Shown here: positions 53,339 through 63,419 of the stretch, piece after piece
How the letters are laid out: the number at the start of each line of letters is the position of its first letter
Numbering within the stretch: position 1 is the stretch's first letter
Source: Haliotis rufescens
Taxonomy: Eukaryota
Direction of reading: 5' to 3'
Length of the DNA: 64,000 bases
Assembly (NCBI RefSeq): GCF_023055435.1
Contig: NW_025963813.1
Coordinates: forward strand, 27,528,001-27,592,000
Position numbers and translations under genes: made by a program
Notes under the pieces: generated by a model
Seen by the model: only the letters and a program-made list of their open reading frames with translations
Databases searched by the model: none
What the model was told of the DNA's origin: nothing

Positions 53339-53638
53339 CATGCTTGCCGTAAAAGGCAACTGCGCTTGTCGTAAGAAGCGACTAACGGGATCGGGTGGTA
53401 AGGCTCGCTGACTTGGTTGATGCATGTCATCGATTCCAATTGCGTTGATCGATGCTTATGATGTCAATCATTGGATTGTCTGGTCCAGACTCGATTATTT
53501 ACAGACCGCCATCATAAAGCTGGACTAATGCTGAGTACGGCGTTAAACAACAAACAAACAAAACATCGCGCTTCCCCGATTTACGTGCGCTTCATTTATA
53601 TGCCGCTACATGAATGGTTGATGGCGTTGCCCATCTCA

Positions 53639-54173
53639 CCATCTCCCCGAGGCAAGAGAGTTAACTGACTTTAAAAGTCCAGTTTCCACCCTTGCCGAAC
53701 TTTGCTGGAATTCCTGGGATCGATCGTAGCGCCACCAGTTACGAGTTATGTCCTTTCTATGCCTCTCCTATTGACCAATCAGATTCAACCTCTCGTATCA
53801 CTTGCATTTGCTTCAAACAAAACGGTGGCGCCCAGTCAAGACGATCCGATCGATAATCAAGATCTATATTGTGATAAAACGAGTCTTACATCGCGAAGTG
53901 CATCAAATCACGTGAGCACCTTGATTAAAAAAATGAAAAGATTCAGAAAATATCGGTTGACAACGAGTTAGCGGTGCACATGATTTGCAAATCCTGCAGT
54001 CGACCGAAATCTGCATGACACTTTACGAACCGGATTTCGATTTCGGTGCGCGATTTTGATTGGACAATGCAGAGACTCGTTAGTCCAGCCAAAATGTAAT
54101 TCCATAAGACCAGCCTAGTTCGGCAAGGGTGGAAACTGGACTTTCAGTTAACTCACTTGTCTCGGGAAGATGG
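53639..54173. mobile_element. MITE-like element, ~535 bp, with ~57-63-bp imperfect TIRs
   Basis: ccatctccccgaggcaagagagttaactga...aagtccagtttccacccttgccgaact pairs with agttcggcaagggtggaaactggactttcagttaactcacttgtctcgggaagatgg. Flanks atctca/ctctca may be a 6-bp TSD with one mismatch. Confidence 0.8.
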
Positions 54174-54489
54174 CTCTCACACGCTTGTTTGGTTTTATTT
54201 ATAGCCTTGCTTGAAATCTGGAATATGTGCTTTTTGGTAACAGATTGTAAAGAGTGGGAACCTATTGATTTATGTCTACTGGAACACTGGATTTAGAATG
54301 TTTGGATTCGAACTTTTCTGGCATCGAATTAAACTTGTATAAGACGGCATATATTGTGCTTACCTCCTCTCCACTAGTTTGTACGTTCTTATAATAGTCA
54401 TCGAGGCTGTATGTCATCCATGATTGACCAGTCGTTACTTTTGGAGTAAAACACTTTAACTCAACCTGGCATTGTTCAATATGTATTAA

Positions 54490-54667
54490 GGGGTGGTCGG
54501 GTAGCCTAGTGGTTAAAGCGTTTGCTCGTCACGCCGAAGACCCGGGTTCGATTCCCGACATGGGTACAATAAGTGAAGCCAATTTCTGGTGTCCCCCGCC
54601 GTGATATGGCTGGAATATTGCTAAAAGCGGCGTAAAACCATACTCACTCACGCACTCACTCACTCAC
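54490..54667 (+). mobile_element. SINE family 1 with TSD
   Basis: TSD tcaatatgtattaa at 54476-54489 and 54668-54681; A/B boxes; (actc)n tail. Confidence 0.93.
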
Positions 54668-54714
54668 TCAATATGTATTAAAATATGGATCGAGTGTCGA
54701 ACAACAGAACCTAT

Positions 54715-55205
54715 CTACTCTTGATCTGTTTGGGGTGTTGTACAATTGAACCTGTTTACTATTAATCTACAAAGGGTGTTGTACACTGGAACCTTTTTGC
54801 TATTGATCTACACAGAATATATTTGCTATTGATCAATATAATGTGTTGTACTATTGAACATAATTATTCACTATTGATCTGTATAGGGTAATGTACAATT
54901 AAACCAGTTGACTTTTGGTCTTTATAAGGTGTTGTACAATTGAACCTATTTGCTATCAATCTATATAGGGTGTTGTACAATTGAACCTATTTGCTATCAA
55001 TCTATATAGGGTGTTGTACAATTAAACCTATTTGCTATCAATCTATACATGTTTTTGTACAAGTGAACTTATTTACTATTGATCTATACATGTTTTTGTA
55101 CAATTGAACGTATTTTCTATTGATCTGTATGAGGTGTTGTACAATTGAACCTATTTACTATTAATCTATACGTATTTTCTATTGATCTGTATGGAGTGTT
55201 GTAAT
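54715..55205. repeat. ~41-bp minisatellite, roughly 12 degenerate units; only the last ~3 remain in U1-U3 (e.g. 15662-15800)
   Basis: Unit gtgttgtacaattgaacctatttgctatcaatctatatagg. Confidence 0.88.
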
Positions 55206-57345
55206 GTTAAAGGTATTTAATCAACCATCTGTTTCTCACTGTAGTGGACAGCATCAAACACACAGCGATGAATTAGGATTCCATACACTACACAGAGATC
55301 ATTTATGTATTTACTTATTTACAATATTCAAAATATCTGCCTGCCACATAAGATAGAATAAGTTCCTACCTTGCCAGTGAAGCCGATCTGGAATATATGT
55401 GACGTGACTGTTTCAGCAGCTTGTACATCCAGGAGAATATGACTCATAAGATTTACAAACTGTCATTTCCTTCATCGTTCGAAATAAAAGCATATCCTAT
55501 TGCGCGGTAAACATGTCAACGATCCCCTTCTTTTGCACCTCTCGCGCGTTCAAAGTGACTGACGCTCCGTCATGCGTACCCAGAACCAGTCGCGAAGATA
55601 CGCAGTCGCTGCCGGTACAAGGGGGTTTATCAGTGTCCGTTGTGTTTGTTTGGTGGTATTGTATAGGATGGAAAACTGCGTTATACTGTTATATATGAAC
55701 GCCTTTGTGTGGTATTCAAAACGACGAATAATATATTACATTTTATGTGATATTGTGAATGGAAAGCGTTGTATATTCTGTGGATGTTTAATCTACCCAG
55801 TCAGTCCCTCTTCCGCACCCCGCTAGTCCACTCCATCAACTGCCATGTCCCTGCCCCCGCCCCCCTCTCCTCCCCTTCCCTCCATCACCAACAGGTGGCT
55901 TGTGACTCATATTATGCATGTCAAATGTTTGTTTTGTGCCTTTCAAATGGTAAGTTTTGAATGAGAAAGGTACTTTTAAAGTAATTGCCATTAATTCATC
56001 AACCATGTGCGTTCGTGAATACAGTGATTCATCAATAAACCAGATAACTTCAGATTAACGAATAAAAGCTACCAAGTAAACAGGTCAGATACAGAGACTC
56101 CAAATTAAATATGTTAAAAGCGAAACATTCTAATGGCTGTATTACTTCATTAATACACTGGTTAATATTTGAGGTTTATTCGTGAAGTTTGCTTTGATCG
56201 AACAAAGTCTTTCCCAAGCTCACTAAATCATCCTTTGTGCAAACAACATATGCACATACGCTATCCTCCGTTGTTTCTAGAACGTGCATCTCTCCTTTGT
56301 CTGCTCTGTCTCCATCCCTCGTTCAGACTTACTTTCTCTCCTCCCGAGGACATGGTTGGTCCTGTGGTCTGGAGCACTGAACGTTGCATCACACTTTCAT
56401 ACACATATACACATGGCTATTGTTGTTAATGTTAATGCCAAATTGAATGGTGAATGTTGGCCATGGGAGGCCCAACGGTCCATCGTCGTGTTAGTTCTCT
56501 CTCTCTATCTCCCCCCTCTCCTTCTCTCTTTCTCCACTCTATCTCCCCCTCTCTCTCTATCGCCCTCTCTCTCGCTCTTCCCATTCCCTAACTCCCTTCT
56601 CTCTCTCTCCTCTCACTCTCACTCGCTATTTCAATTATCTATCTCCCTTCTCTCTTTCTCTCTCTCTCTCTCTCACCACTCGCCCTCTCTCGCTCTCCAC
56701 CTTCTATCTCCCTTTTCTCTCTCTCCACACACACACTCTCTCTCTCGCTCTCTCCACTCTCTATCTCCCCTCTCTCTTTCTCTCTCCCCCTCTCTTACTC
56801 TCGCTCTATCTCTTCTCTCTCTATCGCTCTCCTCATTCTCTAACTCCCTTCTCTCCCTCGCTCTCTCTCCTCTCACTCTCTCTCGCGCTATTTCCATTCT
56901 CTATCTCCCTTCTCTCTTTCTTTCTCTCGCCTCTCGCTCTCCGCCCTCTATATGTCCCTTCTCTCTCTCCCGCCCTCTTTCCTCTCGCTCTCTTTCGCGC
57001 TGTCCACTCTCTCTCCCCTTTAATAGCTCTCTTCTCGCTTTCACATGCTCTCTATCTCCCTTCTCTCTCTCTCTCTCTCGCTCAAATGACTTAGTTCTCT
57101 TCGGTAACATGATCTGTCTCTCTCCACTCTCTATACCCCCTTCTCTCCCCTCTTTCGCCCTCTCTTTCTCTCTCTATTTCTCTCTCTTTCTCCTCACGCC
57201 CTCTCTCTCTCCCTCTCCACCCTCCATCTCCCTTATATCTCTCTCGCTCTCCTTCCACTCGCTCTAGACGTTATCATTTCGTACGTATGCAGACATGTGT
57301 CCTACGTTTTTGTTCGGCACAAGACAATCCTATATCGTGACAAGG

Positions 57346-57352
57346 TATATAA
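57346..57352 (+). promoter_or_regulatory. Candidate TATA box of paralog A (also 17850-17856 and equivalents in U2/U3)
   Basis: TATATAA begins 79 bp upstream of the ATG in every A copy. Confidence 0.45.
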
Positions 57353-57424
57353 GATGGTCTTGTTTGACTGTAACCTTAAACCTGTCACACAATTAAATCG
57401 TCCAACGACAGAAAAGACGCAAAC

Positions 57425-58945
57425 ATGGAGCTTGGAATATATGTCGTCTGCTTCATCTCCTGCGTCAGCGCCCGGATGAACGTCTTGTTCCTGTGCGCCG
57501 ATGACCTGCGTCCAGAGCTGCCCATGTACAATGGCCGCTACCGTCCATCTCAAGTCCATCCACCAATTCACGCCCCGAATCTAGAAGGCCTCGCCAGTAA
57601 AAGCATGGTCTTCAAGAGGGCATATACCCAGCAGGCTCTATGCTCCCCGAGCCGCACCTCCCTGCTGACTGGGCGCCGTCCTGACACCACCCACGTGTAT
57701 GACTCCAACACCTACTTTAGAGACTCTGCCGGCAACTTCACGACCATTCCCCAGTTCTTCAAGAACCACGGCTACCACAGCATTGGAGCTGGTAAAATAT
57801 TCCACCCGGGCAAGGCTTCAGGAGGAAATGATCCTGCCTCGTGGTCTGAGACATATTATGATGACTCTCAACCCAGTAATTACGGGTCAAGTTGGGAAGC
57901 AGTACCGGATAATCTTTTGGACAGCCACAATGCCCTGCAGGACACGATGCTAGCCGACCACGCAGTGCAAGTCATTAAGGACATCACCCAAAAGGCAAAG
58001 AATGGCGAGAATTTCTTCCTGGCAGTTGGGTTCCACAAGCCCCATTTGCCGTTCCAATTCCCAGCTCGCTTTCTGGATTATTACTCAGAAGACTCAATCC
58101 ATCTTCCACCCAACCCACAAGCTCCTGACGGCATGCCTGATATTGCCTGGAGATCATATAATGAACTTAGGGGCTACGCTGACATAGCCCGACTGAATGC
58201 ATCCGGCAACCCAAACACGACCTTGCCTGACCAGGTGGTTAAACAACTACGCAGAGCCTACTACAGCGCTGTTAGCTTCATGGACTTTGAACTCGGGAGG
58301 GTTCTAGATGAACTGGAGACTCAGGGTCTAGCTGACAACACGATAGTGTCATTTTTTGGCGATCATGGCTGGCAGTTGGGAGAACATGGGGAATGGTGCA
58401 AACAGACCAATTTTGACATCGCCACCCACTCGCCTCTTATGATCCGCGTCCCAGGGATGACGGACCATGGGATGAGCACAACAAAGCTGACAGAGTTTGT
58501 AGACCTGTTCCCAACTCTAGTAGAAGCAGCAGGTCTTCCCACACTGCCTACGTGTCAAGTAGACTCGTCCTCAACTCACGCCTGCACAGAAGGAAGGAGT
58601 CTAGTTCCTCTGCTGCAGCACCCAAATCTGCCCTCGTGGAAAACCGCAGCCTTCTCGCAGTACCCACGAGTGTATAACAACACGTCAGCCATGGGCTACA
58701 CGATCACCACGGCCAGGTATCGCTACACTGAATGGGTGACGTTCCTCAGCAAGCCCCACTACATGCCTCAGTGGGACCAGCTTCATGGAGTGGAGCTGTA
58801 CGACCATCTGGCTGATCCTGAGGAGAATCACAACCTCGCGCTCAATGCTGCCCAACAAGGACTTCGCAGCCGGTTGAGGGGGCAACTACGTGCTGGATGG
58901 AGAGCCGAGATGACGGATGGTCATGGCAGACCCATCATAGGTTGA
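57425..58945 (+). CDS. IDS: Iduronate-2-sulfatase-like protein (family S1_7), paralog A copy 4; intact, single exon, 506 aa
   Basis: Signal peptide MELGIYVVCFISCVSA, ADD, CSPSRTSLLTGRRPDTT, GKIFHPG, VGFHKPHLPF, GDHGWQLGEHGEWCK, SQYPR. CAA at 57869-57871. Good start context (aaacATGG). Confidence 0.95.
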   Translation: MELGIYVVCFISCVSARMNVLFLCADDLRPELPMYNGRYRPSQVHPPIHAPNLEGLASKSMVFKRAYTQQALCSPSRTSLLTGRRPDTTHVYDSNTYFRDSAGNFTTIPQFFKNHGYHSIGAGKIFHPGKASGGNDPASWSETYYDDSQPSNYGSSWEAVPDNLLDSHNALQDTMLADHAVQVIKDITQKAKNGENFFLAVGFHKPHLPFQFPARFLDYYSEDSIHLPPNPQAPDGMPDIAWRSYNELRGYADIARLNASGNPNTTLPDQVVKQLRRAYYSAVSFMDFELGRVLDELETQGLADNTIVSFFGDHGWQLGEHGEWCKQTNFDIATHSPLMIRVPGMTDHGMSTTKLTEFVDLFPTLVEAAGLPTLPTCQVDSSSTHACTEGRSLVPLLQHPNLPSWKTAAFSQYPRVYNNTSAMGYTITTARYRYTEWVTFLSKPHYMPQWDQLHGVELYDHLADPEENHNLALNAAQQGLRSRLRGQLRAGWRAEMTDGHGRPIIG

Positions 58946-58955
58946 ACGGTATTGT

Positions 58956-58961
58956 ATTAAA
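58956..58961 (+). terminator. Candidate polyadenylation signal (ATTAAA) of paralog A (also 19460-19465 and equivalents)
   Basis: Hexamer lies about 10 nt after the TGA. Confidence 0.45.
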
Positions 58962-59079
58962 TCTGTTCATTTGAGAAATCACTTATTTTTGACATCACTG
59001 ACATCGAAAATGTAATTTCGAGCATGGTTATTACAAAACTATCTGAATCTCGAATCTTGAATCAGCGTGTGTGTGCTTG

Positions 59080-59114
<35 letters not shown>

Positions 59115-59752
59115 GTGTTTGTGTGTCCCTGCCACGTCATACCAAAAAACGTTATAATGTGTCTAAATGGGATATCCATGTTAAACTGTGGCATGGTGTC
59201 TCAGTGGGCAAGCGCTATAAAACCTGCATAAGTCCGGACTGGTTCAAGTAGCAACAGACACGTGCATGCACGTCCCTATGTTAGTGTAACACTATTGAAC
59301 ACGACGTTTAACACCACACCTCATTTATTACTGCCAGCACCATACCTGTGCTCGTGGATTTCACTCAAGTTATGGGGCAGACGGGTAGCCTAGTGGTTAA
59401 AGCATTCGCTCGTCACGTCCGGGGCCCGGGTTCGATTCCTGACACAGGTACAATGTGTCAACCCCATTTCTGGTGTACCCCGCCGTGGTACTGCTGGAAT
59501 ATTGCTAAAAGCGCGGAAATCCCAACTGACTCACTCACTCAATCAATCAAGTGTTACACGACAAAGACTTGCATCAGTCTCCCACATCAAACTGTCACAT
59601 CATGATATAACTTAACTACTGTTCAAAGCGCCATCAATCCAAACTCACTCACTCACTTCTTTCAGTGGCATCACTCACTCACTCACGCATGTCCTTCTAC
59701 TACTAATAAAGAAAAACTGTGAAACCAGTTTCAGTTATTTATTACTCGAAAG

Positions 59753-61297
59753 TTACCCAATAATAGACGGTACATGTTGAGTGGTCAACTCATGCCTCCA
59801 TCCTGCGTGAAGACGATGGCTGAGCTTGACCACCAGGTCTTTGTGGGCAGGGTCATGAACCAAGTTGATGTTCTCTTGTGGATCCTGATAATGGTCGTAC
59901 AGCTCCGCACCAGAAGACACTGACCACTTGGGTTTGTAATGAGTAGCATCAAATCCGACCCACTCGGTATAGCGATAAAGACTGGTCGTCATCGAGTAAC
60001 CCATCAGCTTGTGGCGACCATGGGAGTGTCTTGGATATTCGGAAAAGGCAGCCTTCTTCCAATTATCAGTTTTGGGCTGCTTGATCAAAGGGAGGAAGCT
60101 CTGTCCTTCTGTGCACACGTCCACCTTGGAGGAATCTTCAGGACAGACGTGAAGAGACGGCAGACCAGCTGCCTCAACCAGTGTAGGGAACAGGTCCACA
60201 AACTCCACAAGCTCTTCTGTCGGTATTCCTTGGTCGGTGAGTCCGGGAATATGTATCATCATAGGGGCATGGGTAGCTATGTCAAAGTTGGTGTGTTTGG
60301 TCCACAACCCGTGTTCACCTAACTGCCATCCATGGTCCCCAAAGAAGGATATGATTGTGTCATTTGCCAGGCCTTGGTGTTCCAGTTCTGCTAGGACCCT
60401 TCCCAGTTCCTAATCAATGTAGGAGATGCAGCTGTAGTAGGCTCGTCTCAGGTTCTTTACTACATTGGCTGGCAGGGTTGTATTTGGCGCCCCTGTTGCA
60501 TTCAGAGCAGCAATGTCTTTGTAATGCCGCAGCTCTGGGTACGTGATCCAAGCGAGAGAGGGCATGTCCAGAGGGGCGTACTGATTGGGAGGTACGTGAA
60601 TGGATTGATCTGGGTAGTAGCTTAGAAACTTCTCCGGGAAGACAAATGGAAGATGTGGCTTGTGATAACCAACTGCTAAAAAGAAGGGTTCCTGTCCAGA
60701 TCGAGCTTTCGGTGCAATGGACTTCAACTTCTGAATTGCCATGTCTGTAGTGACGGTGTCTTGGAGGGAATTGCTGTTTAAGAGAGACGTTGGTACCGCG
60801 CGCCATGAATTCCCATCATCAGCAAAGCTATTCACCTTTGGTCTGGTTTCATAGCATGGCTCCGACCACGACACTGGATCATTATCTCCCGATGCGTCTC
60901 CGTGATGGAAGATCTTCCCAAAGCCTAGGGTATTGTAGCCATGTCTTTTGAAGTACTCGGGTAAGGTTGTGAAGTTGCCAGCAGCCTTCCTCCAGTAGGT
61001 GTGAAGGTCGTACACGTGGGTGGTGTCAGGACGGCGCCCAGTGAGGAGGGAGGTGCGGCTGGGGGAACACACTGACTGCTGGACGTAAGCACGACGGAGG
61101 AGAAGGCTCTTCCCTGCCAGAGAGTTCAAGTTTGGGGCGTGGACCTTCTCTCTGACGGGGGAGGGAGAGTCTCTTCCTTGATATACATCCAGATCTGGTC
61201 TCATGTCATCTGCCACTAGAAATAATACATTTTTCCTTTTGCAATGGACGTGTGTACTTACTAGAATCAGCACAACCGTCAAGCGGTGCCACAACAT
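59753..61297 (-). pseudogene. IDS: IDS-like sulfatase paralog B, copy 4; E296* plus extra substitutions
   Basis: TAG at 60410-60412. Also SQYP>SEYP, GRY>SLY, IEQ>IKQ and RYY>RHY relative to B1-B3. Confidence 0.92.
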
Positions 61298-63419
61298 GGC
61301 TGCCTTTTTTGGTGAATGTTTTTCACTATCACAGACGTGGTGGACTGGGAAGGAGATAAGACATACAGCTGTACTATGTCACCATGTCAACCTAGTTTCT
61401 TGCAGCCTTGGAACCATTATCTATAGTATATATATAGATTCAATAATCCTACAATTAAGCGTCAATGTTATGTTTTGAATAAAATAACAGGTCCTGTTTT
61501 TCTTTCAAGCTGAAGAAAGATTAACTATTTTGCAAACGGGGAAAGAGGTGTATCAGCGATTTTTATGATTGGGCGTTTTATTGCACATTGTTTCATATAT
61601 TTGACTGTCTGTTTGTGATATCTTCAAGAATACGAAGACAAACTTCGTACTTTAGCCATGCAGTGTTACTTTGGAATTGCAGGAATGCCTAGTCTATCTG
61701 TAATGTGAGATACATGAACTTCCTACCCGTGAAGATCCGGGGTAGAATAGGTCTTCAGCAACTCATGCTTGTCGTAAAAGGCGACTGTGCTTGTCGTAAG
61801 AGGCGACAAACGGAATCGGGTGGTCAGGCTCGCTAACTTGGTTGATGCATGTCATCTATCCCAATTGTGTGGATCGATGCTCATGATTTCAATCACTGGA
61901 TTGTCTGGTCCTGACTCGATTATTTACAGACCACCGTCATATAGCTTGAATATTGCTGAGTGCAGCGTTAAAAAACAAATAAACAAAACCAAATCCAATT
62001 ACACGTTTAAAACATCGTAAATATTTTACAATATTTGCATATTAGATATCAGTAAACAGAGATTATATATGACACAATAGATTTACTCCGTCTAAACATC
62101 ATAGATAGAGGAGCAGCCAGGAATTTTACAATGTCATTAAGAAGTTCAACTGTTCAGCAGGTGCGAGGTGCAGAAAATTACGATAAACTTTAGTTACAGA
62201 TTTCCATTCGTTAAATATATATAGATGACATAAATAGAAGAATGAATAGTATTACCAGTATCTAATATGTGAAGGAAGCATTTTATAATTAAATTTAACA
62301 ATTCTTCTTTTGAAACATTTTTCCTGACTTAAAAGTAAATGTAAGAACACAATCGCGCGCAAAACAATGTATAATTCTGGTCCACTTTTATATGACTACA
62401 TAGCATACAATAAGCTTTCGGATCCCGTATGGATCGGTTTGGGTGGCAGCCTAGATATCAATAGAATTGACACTTGTCTGTCTCTAAGCCCCTGAAACAT
62501 ATCATTTTCCCTTTCGCTTAGCCTTTCTATAATACAAAGGCCCTATATGAAGCAAGTTAGATTTTCCCCAGGTTCATCTCTGATTCTCAAATCTCACTGG
62601 GGCTCCTCTTCAATTTGAATGGAGTTATTTGGAGTTATATGGAGTTGTATATTTTTAGAGACTAAGCATCAGTCTAAAAAGGCATCACCAGTTTGGAATT
62701 GGACATTAATTTGTTTACAATAGCAAAACATTGTCGCCTACATTATAACATTAAGAATATCACTGTATTAAGTGCCATGTGCAAATGAGAAAGTAGACGA
62801 ACCTTTATATTATAAATAAACATAGTTTCCTTAATTCCAAGCAATATCGAAAAAATATATATGCATATAAATACACACCAAGATCAGCGTCTACAAAAAA
62901 TAAATGATTAAGGTTGATATTAGTTTGCGTATTTGACGATTATATAACTTGTTAAAGTATTAATCGTTTTCCAATACCCGATCAAGTACGTGCCATGAAT
63001 TTAAGCGACATTGTACGATTTCGACCTTATCATGAGAATGTGTTTATGTATCACTGTCAAATAGTGGTGTCACTAAATCCAAAGAAACATTTCGCAATTT
63101 GGACAAGGCATTAAATAATACGCAGAACGATTGAACTCAGCACTTACGCTAAGTGCTACGAGTACAGCGTCAAACTCGGGCCTGTAATCTAACACGCGAG
63201 AACTGACCAATGAAAATCTGAGAAGTAGAAATACCGATAGAAGCTGTTGCTTGATTGACAATGTCAATGTCAATCAAGTGAAGGGGAGCTTGATGATATC
63301 GCTCTCTCTGTCTCTCTCTCTCAGTAACTTCCGATGTAAATAACGCCGTCATTTGGACGGAAACACGATGGTTTGAAAGCGTTCAAAAACGTCGTTTTCC
63401 CGTCCAGTGACCATATACG

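Noticed and set aside
54715-55205. CRISPR-like appearance of regular gtacaattgaac repeats
   Set aside because: Whole 41-bp units repeat with no unique spacers and no cas genes; this is a eukaryotic minisatellite.
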